DNA of 36,555 nt from positions 1-36,555 of the IMG/VR virus record IMGVR_UViG_3300027782_000182; one strand, given 5' to 3'. The notes under the pieces were generated by a model. That model saw only the letters and a program-made list of their open reading frames with translations. It had not been told where the DNA came from and made no database searches. Shown here piece by piece: positions 19,701 to 28,172 of this stretch. Source of the stretch: a virus (lineage: Duplodnaviria > Caudoviricetes). The position numbers and the translations under genes are program-made. Numbering within the stretch: position 1 is the first letter of the stretch; every line of letters begins with the position of its first letter.

Positions 19701-22700
19701 TTTATAACAATTCTTGGACTGTACTGCGATACAATATTTCTAGACTGTTGTTAGTTACTGATGTTAATGTAGTTAAAACACGAGTTGAAATTGTACTAGG
19801 TAGAACACATGGTCTAGCAGTAGGAGATATCTTTGGTATTAGAAATATTGAAAATCTAGAAGGCTTTTATAAGATTACAGAAGTTCCTGATAGAAAAACC
19901 ATAGTGATTCAAATTAGTAAAGATGCTAAAGAACCAAAATGGGAAACAAGCACTGTTATTAATTTAGAATTGTTTAGTTCCGCTAGATTTACTGATTATC
20001 AATCAGTTGATCTTGCCATAGCCGCAACATTAACTAGCGGTGCTAAGTTTTGGATAGACAATAACATAAATGGTAATTGGGAAGTTTCTGAAAAACAAAA
20101 ACTATTTGCATCTACTGAAATTTCAGAATATGGAACAACTACACCTTTAGGTAATGGTAGTTCTGTGTTGTATATTGACATCTTAACTCAGATTGTCTCA
20201 GCGATGCCAGCAAGTAATATTGTAGTTTCTTATTTAGAAAGAGTAGATGGATTAAAACCTTTACAAACTTTTGAAAGACCCAACAGCATCAGCGCAGCCG
20301 CCAACGGAGTATTTGGAGAAAGTCTTGCAGTAAGTCCAGACGGTAAATGGTTGGCTATTGGTAGTCCAAGGGCTACTGGAATTAAATCAGATTATCAAGA
20401 AATTTATAATAGTGATTTAGATTATTTCCAAGGCGACATAGTTTTACACAAAGGAAAATTATGGAGAGCCAAAGTTGATATCTATGCACAAGATTATACA
20501 GGAGTCGATAGTACTCGAGTTGGAGTTGATAGTACCTTTGCTAGAATCGATGCCACAATGGAAGATTGGGAACCAGCCCTGATTATCACAGCAAATCAAC
20601 AAGGTTCTAATACTGGCTACCTAGAACAGGGCGCAGTATCTTTATACGAATGGAGCGGGCAGAATTGGGTTGAACGATACAGCTTTGTAAGCCCAAGACA
20701 AAATGCCAACGAACAGTTTGGTTCTAAAATAACTATAGGTGTTGACTCTGGTAATTACTATATGGCTATTTCTGCACCGGGTGCAGAAAATAACAAAGGC
20801 CGAATATATCTTTACAAATATGCTCCATTAATTGCTGATACTTCAGAAACTATAATCTATAAAGTAACAGTCGCCCCTCCTCAGGGAATGGACTCAGGTT
20901 CTAAATATTACATCAATGAACAATACAGACCTAATCTATCGTTGCTGGTCGGCAATACCTACATATTTGATCAAACAGATCTCAGCAATGTTTATTATCC
21001 TAACCCAGTCGATGGCACAGTAACTAATAAACATCCGTTAAATTTCAGCAATGATAATATCAGCGGAGTTCTAGGCGGCGGCACATTATACACCACAGGA
21101 GTTACTTACCTTTTAGACAATCGTACAGTTACCCAGGCACAGTATATTGCAGGATTTACTACCGCTACAACTAGAAAAGTTCAAATTACAGTAACAGAAA
21201 ATACTTCTAGTATACTTTATTATTACTCATCGGCAACTCTAAACATGGGTAATTCCATAATTAGAAAATATCCTAACATTGCTAAAGAATGGCAACTAAT
21301 TGAAAATCAAAACTTCAAAGGAGTCTATGATAACACCGGAGCTAGATTTTACGAAGCTGGCGCTATAGTATGGTACAACAACGCACTATGGCAATCTCTA
21401 GAAGATCAAACAGGTGACGGTAGTACCATTTCTATCAATTCAAATCAGTGGACACGATTAGATCCTATATCAACCCAAAGCTCATTGCCTACAAATATTG
21501 CACTTGAAGATGATAGTACAGATCCAACGGCCGGTTCCTTGATTGCTGACCAAGTTGCTGAACTAGTTAAAGACGGTGACAGATTTGGAACCAGTATGAC
21601 TATGAGCCGAGACGGTATGACATTAGTAGTGGGATCTCCAATCAGCGACGGACAATATTTTACTAATTATAGAGGCATCTGGAATAGCTATCAAACATAT
21701 GTAGCTGGAGATGTAGTTAAATGGACCGGCAATTATTATAGATTAGCTTCTGCATCTTCAACAGGAGCAAATCCTGTATCGGGATCTCCATGGGGATTAG
21801 TTGAAGCTGTATCAGATGCAACATCTGGTAAAGTATACATTTATAAGATGAATGCCTATGGTTTCTATAGTCTAATGCAGACAATTAACGCAGGTAGTTT
21901 GCCTGATGTTAGTGATTTGGCTCCAGATGAAATAATTAATTCTGGAGACTTATTTGGATTTGCAATTGATATCGATAACTCCGGCAATACCATTGCTATC
22001 TCTAGTCCGCAGGCAGATATTAATTTACAAAATCAAGGTAGTGTCTACATCTTTAGATATGACACCGATTCGACAATTCCAGAATATAGACTAAAACAAA
22101 AACTTCAAAGTTATGAAATTTACAACAATGAACTATTTGGTTTTAGTGTTTCCATAAGTGAGCGTGGTGAGCGTGTAGTAGTTGGAGCAAAGAATACTCC
22201 TTACAAACTGTCAACACGCTTTGACCTATCTGCCAGAACACGATTTGATGGCGGCCGCACAACATTCTCAGAAGACCAAGGCTATCCTGGTCAGGTCTAT
22301 GTGTTTGAACTTAAAGATCAAACCTACTTCCTATCTGAAAAACTAGAAGCTGATCTATTAGACAACGAAGGATTTGGATATTCGTTAGACAGCACAGCAT
22401 CTGTGATTGTAACAGGCTCACCAAGTTATGCCCCAACTGGTACAAAAGTTGGTATGACTAGAATATTTAGAAAAGATGTTACCAAAGACAGCTTTACAAT
22501 TCTTGCAGAAGAATCACCTATGGTGAATATCGATCTTCTAAAGAGTGTAGCAGTTTATGACGATGAAAAATATCTAAAGATTGCAGACCTAGATATTATT
22601 GATGTAAACAAATTAAAAATTCTTGGTCGTGCAGAACAAGAAATCAAATTCAAAACTCTATACGATCCAGCAACCTATACCAACGGTACTACTGAAGTTG

Positions 22701-25700
22701 AAGTTGATGCTGACCAAGCCTGGTTTGAAAAGAATGTTGGGGTAATTTGGTGGAACATCAGCGCAGCCAAATGGGCACATTATGAGCAAGGGGATCTTGC
22801 CTATAGAGCTGGTAACTGGAATCAACTTGCGCCAGGTGCTAGTATTGACATTTACGAGTGGGTTGAAAGCTCAATGAGCCCAACTGATTGGTCTAAGATG
22901 GCAGACACCACAGATGGATTGTCAGCAGGTATTTCTGGACAACCTCTCTATAGTAATGCAGCCTACTCTATTAAGAGATTTACAAATCCTAATACAGGTC
23001 TGTCTTTTGGAACAAAATATTATTTCTGGGTTAAGAATAAAACAATCATTCCTACAGGTGTAACGGGAAGAAATATCTCAGCCTCTAGTATTGCGTCTTT
23101 AATTGAAAATCCTGCCAGCGACGGTACCCCGATCCTTGCTATCATTGACACTGACAAGTTTTTAACCTACAATCTAAGTTCAGTTATCACAGGCGACTCT
23201 GCGTTAATAAACATTGAATACTACAATTCAGAACGCAGACCTAATGCTACGCACACTGAGTATCAGTTGTTGACTGAAGGAATTGCAGATAGTTTGCCTA
23301 GCAATGCGCTAGAGCAAAAATGGATTGACAGTCTTGTTGGATTCAATCAAGCAGGTAATCCAGTTCCTGATCCTACATTGTTACCCAAACAGCGTTACGG
23401 TCTAGCCTTTAGACCTATACAAACACTGTTTGTTGATCGTGGAACAGCATTAAAAATTGCAATCGATAGAAGTAATGATATTCTTTCAACTAGACCTTTT
23501 GCTGATTTAATCGATTTTGAAAATCTAAATCAAATTGAAGAGATTCCTAATGCAGCACTAAATCTTTATGATATAACAGTGGATACCTCTGTTGAATTAG
23601 CAGAAGTGGGCATTGTTAGAATTAGCCCAGCAGTGTTAAGTGCAAATATTGTTGATGGTGAAATTGATACAATTAACATTATTGATGCAGGATTTGGATA
23701 TCGTACAGCACCTCCGGTTAAAATAGTCGGTGACGGATTAGGAGCCAAAGCTACAGTCACGCTTGATCTTCAAGGTAGAATTACCTCAGTTACAATTGTA
23801 CAGAAAGGTAGAAAATATACCACTGCTGATGTATCAGTAAGAAACTTTTCTGTGTTAGTTAAAAATGACATAACCTATAACAATTACTGGGCTATCTATT
23901 TCTGGGACAGCGTTAGAGAAGGATTCTTCAAGAGCACAGTACAATCTTACGACACGACCAAATATTGGACCTACATTGATTGGTATGCTACTGGTTACAG
24001 TTCTGTGACTCGTATCGTAAAAGAAATATTAGATTTATATCTTGAACCTACAATTAAAATAACCGTTGGCGACATTGTTAAGATTAAAGAATATGCAAAC
24101 GGCGGTTGGGCATTACTTGAAAGAGTTACAGACGGCAACGGCGATATCCTTGGTAATTATATTCTAATTGGTCGAGAAAACGGCACAATTAAAATTAACG
24201 AAGAAATTTATAATGTTAAGGTCTATGATTTCCAAGGATCCTACGACGAAGTTACCTACGATAATCAACCAACACAAGAATTAAGATTTATATTTGCTGC
24301 TTTAAAGGAAAATATCTTTATTGACGATCTACGAGCAGAATGGAATAAATTATTCTTTGCCAGCATTCGTTATATATTCTCAGAGCAGTTATATGTTGAT
24401 TGGGCCTTTAAAACCAGCTTCTTAAATGCAATACATAATATTGGAGATCTAGAACAAAAGACTAATTATAAGAATGATAACTTAGCCAGTTTCCAAAATT
24501 ATCTAGAAGAAGTAAAACCTTTTAGAACAACCATTAGAGAATACACCAGTAGATACACCGATATTGATCGTCAAGGAGCAGCAATAACAGACTTTGATGT
24601 ACCGCCTGCATACGATGTCAAAGAAGGACAAATACTTCCTGTACTAGAAAATTCTAGTATTATTGACATTTATCCTTACAAATGGTGGAAAGACAATCAT
24701 ACATATTCTATCACTGAAATTGTTATTTCCAATGCAGGTGCAGATTATAAAGCAGCTCCTCGTGTTGTAATCACAGGAGACGGCTCGGGAGCCAGTGCCC
24801 AAGCATATATTGCCAACGGATCTGTTTCTGGAATTAAAATGTTAACTGCTGGCACAGGATATACCTCAGCATCAGTTAGTATTGTTGGTGGTAACGGCAC
24901 ATCTACTAGTATTGCAAAAGCTGTGGCCATCATTGGTGACAGCAAAACAAGAACTTTTGATCTTACAGTTAAATTTGATAGAATTACCAAAGAGGGAACC
25001 TATGCAGAATATACCTACAGTCAAGAATTCGTTGCTGACGGATTCACTGCTATTTTTGAATTAAATTATCCTCCAACAAGAGATAAAACAAAAATTTCTG
25101 TAATTGTCAATGACGAGATTATTTTAGACAGTGATTATGAAATTACATTTTATAAATCTAGCACTGATGAATATAGTCTGCTAAGAGGCAAATTAAAATT
25201 AACCGCATTGCCAATTGCTGGTGCAGTTATTGTAATTGACTATGAAAAAGCTGATGATATTTTAGAAGCAGTTGATAGAATTAACAAATATTACAGTCCA
25301 ACTAGAGGAATGATAGGTAAAGAAATTAATCAACTAATGACCGGAATTGACTTCGGTGGAGTTCAAATTCAAGGCACTACATTTGATGTTTCGGGTGGTT
25401 GGGATGCACTTCCGTGGTTTACCGACACTTGGGATTCTGTAGAACCAAACGCAGATTTTTATTATGTAGTTGATAGTCAAGAGTACACAGCAACAGGATT
25501 TGACAGCCGAGCACTGATTTGGAAATTAGGCTCAGTGGTCCAGCTTGGAAATAAACACTATAGAGCAGTAATCGATAATATTGACAAACCCCCAGTTGAG
25601 TTTCCAAATGTATGGGAAGAATTAACAATTTTATTACCATTTACCCCGGCAATAGGACAACAGTTATCGGTATATCTAAAGCGTAGTGGATTGGGATCTC

Positions 25701-28165
25701 CAAGAAGTATTGACACACTAGATTCAGCTGGAGCACCAGTTGTAGTCTACGATCAAGGCATAGAAGAATCTCGTACAATTCGTATCGATGATGTAAACTT
25801 TGGCGGAGCAGGAGTTACTAATCTTTCTGCAATAATGCCTACAGTGATAGGAGATGGTTCAACTAACAGTATTGATATACAACAATATGTTCAAATTGAA
25901 AATGGCGACACTTTAATATTCCGTCCTATGGACAGTGATGGCACAGTTAATATCACTGATATTAATATTATTGATACAAATATAACAGGCGGATCATTGA
26001 GTGCAGTTAGCGGAGCCTATATTACTGCTACAGGTACAGCAGCAGAAGATATTGTAGTTGATGGTAGTAAATTTATTAGCCCTGATCAAGTGCCTGCTCC
26101 TGAAGAAAATATTCCCGGACAGGTTATTGACAGTGTTTCAATTAAGGTATTCCATACGGTTCAGACTGGTGCAACACCATTGCAATCTCGTATATTAAAG
26201 AGCAATGGAAGAGATAAGCGTTTTGCTATTGGGCTAACTGTGCTTGACAGCGCATCTGTAATGGTCTATGTCGATAAAGTAAAATATGAAATTAATGCAG
26301 ATAGTAGTATAGAATATATCATAGATTACAACACCAATGAAGTTGTATTTACTAATGCTCCAATTAGAGATTCAGTGATTGAAATTATTTCTATTGGAAT
26401 TGGTGGTGCTGCGCTGCTTGATTATCAAGAATTTGAAGCAGATGGCGATACATTATTTTTCTTAACTAGAGCAAATTTTGCTGATACTGCATCAGTGGTT
26501 GTAACCGTTGATGGCGTTGATGTTGACGCATTGCCTATCAATAGTTCTGAAGTATTAGATATTACAAACAAAACATTAATACAGTTTGCCAACAAACCAG
26601 AACGACGACAGATTGTAAAAATTGTTTGCCTAGGAGCCAATGCTGATGTTGATTCAACAGGAAGTTCTGTAGTAAGAGTTAATCAACAAACTTTAACATT
26701 TGACGGCAGTACATTAAGTTATGATCTAGATCAGTTTGTAAACTTAACAAGGGCTAGTGCATCCGGAGCAATCCTAGTTGAAGTTAACGGAGTACAATTA
26801 AAAGGTGTTGATACTGAATTTATAGTCTACAATGGAACCAATAATGTTATCTCAATTGGCAAAGATCCGTTAGAAGCACCTAATACTGCCACACAATCTA
26901 ACATCCAAGTTTATATTAATGGCGAATTAAAGAGGAACATTCTTGATTATGTTTATGATGGAAACGAGAATACTGTAACAGTTGACACTGAAGTACTAGC
27001 AATTAATGATGAAATTAAAATTATTATAGATATTAGAAGTCAATACACCTTTACAGGAAATAACATTGTTTTTAACGGAACTAGTTTTGTAGAAAACGAT
27101 AGTACAACTACACTGCAAGAAGGCGATCAAATTATTGTTACCTGGTTCAGCGAATATCCAAGCATGAATATTATTTCTGATCAGTATACCGGAGGAAAAG
27201 TTCAATATCAATTGGCAAGAGAACCAGTCAGCGCCAGCTATATCTGGATATATAAAAACGGCCGAAGACTAACACAGGAACAAGATTATGCAGTGTCTAT
27301 TCCGAGAAATGTTGTTTATTTAAAAACAACAACATTGATTACCGATGAAATTAAAATAGTACAGTTTGGCAATTACATAAGGCGTGCTCCATTAGCATAT
27401 GAAGTGTTTAAGGATATGTTAAACATATATCATTTCAATCGTTTTAGCATTGACAAAGCAGTAACTTTATCTCAAGATTTAAATTATTATGATCAAATAA
27501 TTCGTGTTACAGACACAACTAATTTATTTGAACCGATCAAATCTAGAAATATTCCAGGTACTGTGTATATCAATGGAGAACGCATTGACTATTTTGAGAA
27601 AACAACAACAACATTGTCACAACTGAGAAGAGGAATCAATGGAACAGCAATCAAGGAAATACACTCATTGGGTAGTAGTGTAGTTGATGTTGGTCGAGTT
27701 GAAAATCTTCCGTACAATGAAAGTCAAGAAAGATTAGACTTTGTCAGCGACGGCAGCAGTTTGTTGATTGGCCCGTTAAATTATGTTCCCAAAGCTGCTG
27801 TACGATCAACATGGACAAGAACAACAATCCCAACAGGATACGAGCCTTGTGATCAAATAGAAGTTTTTGCAGGAGGCAAGCGTCTAAGAAAAGATCCTGT
27901 AACAGTCTATGATCAAACAGTCAACATCACTAGTCCGCAAGCTGATATTGTGCTAGAAGCTGAGTTCAGCGTTGACGGAGTAAACGATTACATTCGATTA
28001 ACATCTACAATTCCTGCAGGAACCCGTATCACTGTTATTAGACGAATTGGTAAAACTTGGTATGATCGAGGCGAAACAACAGCTTCTTCGGGTGTTACAT
28101 TGTTGAAAAACTCAAGCTCTATTTCTGAATTTTTAAAACAAAAGAGCACCGAACTGCCTGAATAA
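13787..28165 (+). CDS. Giant mosaic virion/baseplate protein (gp7 position) with CBM5/12-like modules, FG-GAP-type propeller and beta-rich repeats
   Basis: Uninterrupted 4792-aa ORF directly after gp6. N-terminal DLLPQVF...KFM resembles gp7-type wedge starts, and internal repeated modules are visible in the translation. Confidence 0.8.
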   Translation: MANEIFPESGLPIRRTVDLLPQVFKTETNSKFMAGVIDPLVQPGVLQKTVGYVGRRYGKTYKGSDIYLDSDNTLRSRYQLEPGVVLSDDRGNIENFYDYIDFKNQLRFFNNFNERDDLITSQDHYSWNPPIEWDKFVNFREYYWVPSGPPSVKVLGQGDAITSTYRVRQGTTSTWIFYPDGATNNPTLTLYRGQTYNFAVNSPREGFYIRTAFDTGSLKYNPFLPYIPNQLAVYDGKLWRALTFVTASIDGTIVEGPEWELVDENVQTSKFDYFNGVTNNGATNGTVTFEVPLDAPDILYYQSAINPDRFGRFLIQDIEENTSINIDKEILGKQTYTSSNGVEFTNGLIVRFAGKVTPTKYAKDNWLVEKVGREITLIKFSDLTVPIITSQIPEVIFDNTGFDTEPFDDATSYPGEKDYIAICRSSIDANPWSRYNRWFHKSTLEQAHKLNGTDFAAGDSFRAKRPIIEFRSNLQLFNHGSIAKTSVDFIDTFTTDIFSTIEGSQGYSIDGEFLYQGARVLFVADTDSLANNKIYQVNFITHNNVRQITLKTTVDSDPILGEGVLVRGGNVNKGLMYHFNGVNWTASQEKTKANQMPLFDLFDNNGISFSDTTTYPSSTFIGSPILSYKIGNSIADSELGFSLDYLNIDNVGDILFTYNLDLDSFSYSVNQETLTKNLNTGFYRFNPLDEFANGWVKSDNDYQQPILDSVVVTEVTNQVTLSTVDWAAFSILPSTVIFYLNGQRHLDSYTRENGTFTFIKAFAVNDVVSIKIYIDLDPDQGYYQIPHGLEKNPLNDNLTAFTLGQAIDHLSSAIEIETEFSGVYPGNSNLRNIDGYQHRCMRFLKHSGIAPMAVSLLCDKNINIIKSIQHSLRSYSNFKNEFLKRIAEAMPLDNVVDFVDEVIAAMTITKDSSDPFADSDMVGNGAHADIIYLVEDEGIKVFALSQTFNLTELSRRAVYVYRNGEQLIHGTDYVFDATFGFVRLSLTLTEGDQIVIREYSSTAFNYIPSTPTKLGLYKKYLPRIYLDDTFVTPRLVIQGHDGSITAAYDDYRDDAILELELRIYNNIKQEYNENIFDIDTVFGGYYGNALYTKPELDAIILQDFLRWVSNTDIDYTNNDQYLDTQNSFTYTYSNMTDPTRQQSLPGYWRGVYQWFYDTDRPHTCPWEILGFSEKPTWWESEYGPAPYTRGNLILWEDIRDGVIRQGARAGTHDRYARPSILNHIPTDGDGRLLSPLDSGVANDFTLINNQGDYRPGDVSPVEAAWRSSSEWPFSVISALCLLKPFEFITDSFDRSRMSVNQLGQTVSAESGVFSKISNLLVPVVGGTQLSGLVTFVSSYVRSKNLDPQVFLTRLNNLDIKISTRMSGFVDQTEQKYLLDSKNPSATSSSVYVPNENYDVIFNVGVPMIGIAYSGVLIEKLAEGWKIKGYDNQQPYFNYFKPIASSSDPLTSVGGTSVSFLDWAADKVYSNGDVVRTQNTFYRALKSHTSTEIFDKSLWKILPKLPVAGGVEAYFRKTFNQLKPIQLYYGTVITKIQGVVDFLLGYQAYLKTQGFSFDRYDAENQVAYNWGTSCKEFLFWTKHNWAVGSLLTLSPSASQVDMKIPLGVADSLFDSFYDYQIFKSDGAPLLPIFLNVNRDFQAVTVSTVNTNEGIYFIKIYFVLKEHITVFDDRTVFNDVIYDKTTGYRQERIKSRGFRTVDWDGDYTSPGFLFDNVNIQQWSPYTDYRLGDIVSYKSYNWVSKQNVQGAELFDTTIWEKLDSTPTKGLVANFDYRINQFEDYYDVDADGLGSSQRDLSRHVIGYQTREYLQNMAEDAVSQFKLYQGFIREKGTANAITKVFDKLSRTNTGSIELNEEWAFRVGRLGGTDQFNETEFRILKNDFKINPQPVIIAPTDSSTDVLDLYMRVPEKNFTIAPIPFTANINPVKKYKLTPRTAGYVNSFDVDFAVKNYDDILALNIADFEENSHVWITFYNNSWTVLRYNISRLLLVTDVNVVKTRVEIVLGRTHGLAVGDIFGIRNIENLEGFYKITEVPDRKTIVIQISKDAKEPKWETSTVINLELFSSARFTDYQSVDLAIAATLTSGAKFWIDNNINGNWEVSEKQKLFASTEISEYGTTTPLGNGSSVLYIDILTQIVSAMPASNIVVSYLERVDGLKPLQTFERPNSISAAANGVFGESLAVSPDGKWLAIGSPRATGIKSDYQEIYNSDLDYFQGDIVLHKGKLWRAKVDIYAQDYTGVDSTRVGVDSTFARIDATMEDWEPALIITANQQGSNTGYLEQGAVSLYEWSGQNWVERYSFVSPRQNANEQFGSKITIGVDSGNYYMAISAPGAENNKGRIYLYKYAPLIADTSETIIYKVTVAPPQGMDSGSKYYINEQYRPNLSLLVGNTYIFDQTDLSNVYYPNPVDGTVTNKHPLNFSNDNISGVLGGGTLYTTGVTYLLDNRTVTQAQYIAGFTTATTRKVQITVTENTSSILYYYSSATLNMGNSIIRKYPNIAKEWQLIENQNFKGVYDNTGARFYEAGAIVWYNNALWQSLEDQTGDGSTISINSNQWTRLDPISTQSSLPTNIALEDDSTDPTAGSLIADQVAELVKDGDRFGTSMTMSRDGMTLVVGSPISDGQYFTNYRGIWNSYQTYVAGDVVKWTGNYYRLASASSTGANPVSGSPWGLVEAVSDATSGKVYIYKMNAYGFYSLMQTINAGSLPDVSDLAPDEIINSGDLFGFAIDIDNSGNTIAISSPQADINLQNQGSVYIFRYDTDSTIPEYRLKQKLQSYEIYNNELFGFSVSISERGERVVVGAKNTPYKLSTRFDLSARTRFDGGRTTFSEDQGYPGQVYVFELKDQTYFLSEKLEADLLDNEGFGYSLDSTASVIVTGSPSYAPTGTKVGMTRIFRKDVTKDSFTILAEESPMVNIDLLKSVAVYDDEKYLKIADLDIIDVNKLKILGRAEQEIKFKTLYDPATYTNGTTEVEVDADQAWFEKNVGVIWWNISAAKWAHYEQGDLAYRAGNWNQLAPGASIDIYEWVESSMSPTDWSKMADTTDGLSAGISGQPLYSNAAYSIKRFTNPNTGLSFGTKYYFWVKNKTIIPTGVTGRNISASSIASLIENPASDGTPILAIIDTDKFLTYNLSSVITGDSALINIEYYNSERRPNATHTEYQLLTEGIADSLPSNALEQKWIDSLVGFNQAGNPVPDPTLLPKQRYGLAFRPIQTLFVDRGTALKIAIDRSNDILSTRPFADLIDFENLNQIEEIPNAALNLYDITVDTSVELAEVGIVRISPAVLSANIVDGEIDTINIIDAGFGYRTAPPVKIVGDGLGAKATVTLDLQGRITSVTIVQKGRKYTTADVSVRNFSVLVKNDITYNNYWAIYFWDSVREGFFKSTVQSYDTTKYWTYIDWYATGYSSVTRIVKEILDLYLEPTIKITVGDIVKIKEYANGGWALLERVTDGNGDILGNYILIGRENGTIKINEEIYNVKVYDFQGSYDEVTYDNQPTQELRFIFAALKENIFIDDLRAEWNKLFFASIRYIFSEQLYVDWAFKTSFLNAIHNIGDLEQKTNYKNDNLASFQNYLEEVKPFRTTIREYTSRYTDIDRQGAAITDFDVPPAYDVKEGQILPVLENSSIIDIYPYKWWKDNHTYSITEIVISNAGADYKAAPRVVITGDGSGASAQAYIANGSVSGIKMLTAGTGYTSASVSIVGGNGTSTSIAKAVAIIGDSKTRTFDLTVKFDRITKEGTYAEYTYSQEFVADGFTAIFELNYPPTRDKTKISVIVNDEIILDSDYEITFYKSSTDEYSLLRGKLKLTALPIAGAVIVIDYEKADDILEAVDRINKYYSPTRGMIGKEINQLMTGIDFGGVQIQGTTFDVSGGWDALPWFTDTWDSVEPNADFYYVVDSQEYTATGFDSRALIWKLGSVVQLGNKHYRAVIDNIDKPPVEFPNVWEELTILLPFTPAIGQQLSVYLKRSGLGSPRSIDTLDSAGAPVVVYDQGIEESRTIRIDDVNFGGAGVTNLSAIMPTVIGDGSTNSIDIQQYVQIENGDTLIFRPMDSDGTVNITDINIIDTNITGGSLSAVSGAYITATGTAAEDIVVDGSKFISPDQVPAPEENIPGQVIDSVSIKVFHTVQTGATPLQSRILKSNGRDKRFAIGLTVLDSASVMVYVDKVKYEINADSSIEYIIDYNTNEVVFTNAPIRDSVIEIISIGIGGAALLDYQEFEADGDTLFFLTRANFADTASVVVTVDGVDVDALPINSSEVLDITNKTLIQFANKPERRQIVKIVCLGANADVDSTGSSVVRVNQQTLTFDGSTLSYDLDQFVNLTRASASGAILVEVNGVQLKGVDTEFIVYNGTNNVISIGKDPLEAPNTATQSNIQVYINGELKRNILDYVYDGNENTVTVDTEVLAINDEIKIIIDIRSQYTFTGNNIVFNGTSFVENDSTTTLQEGDQIIVTWFSEYPSMNIISDQYTGGKVQYQLAREPVSASYIWIYKNGRRLTQEQDYAVSIPRNVVYLKTTTLITDEIKIVQFGNYIRRAPLAYEVFKDMLNIYHFNRFSIDKAVTLSQDLNYYDQIIRVTDTTNLFEPIKSRNIPGTVYINGERIDYFEKTTTTLSQLRRGINGTAIKEIHSLGSSVVDVGRVENLPYNESQERLDFVSDGSSLLIGPLNYVPKAAVRSTWTRTTIPTGYEPCDQIEVFAGGKRLRKDPVTVYDQTVNITSPQADIVLEAEFSVDGVNDYIRLTSTIPAGTRITVIRRIGKTWYDRGETTASSGVTLLKNSSSISEFLKQKSTELPE
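20147..22470 (+). repeat. FG-GAP-like beta-propeller blades within the giant protein
   Basis: FGESLAVSPDGKWLAIGSP, FGSKITI...MAISAPG, FGTSMTMSRDGMTLVVGSP, FGFAIDIDNSGNTIAISSP, FGFSVSISERGERVVVGA and FGYSLDSTASVIVTGSP, plus one degenerate blade (LGNGSSV...SAMP). Confidence 0.75.
20501..20536 (+). repeat. Short direct repeat, 21-bp period (GVDST x2)
   Basis: ggagtcgatagtact (20501-20515) and ggagttgatagtacc (20522-20536). Confidence 0.7.
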
Positions 28166-28168
28166 ATA
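28161..28168 (+). promoter_or_regulatory. Late promoter box (AATAAATA) overlapping the stop codon of the giant gene
   Basis: Same octamer as at 4419; 4 nt upstream of the ATG at 28173. Confidence 0.55.
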
Positions 28169-28172
28169 TACT

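Noticed and set aside
13787-28165. Intein, intron or tape-measure explanation for the giant ORF
   Set aside because: No intein splice or LAGLIDADG motifs were noticed. The sequence is beta-rich and aromatic rather than helical and Ala-rich like tape measures.
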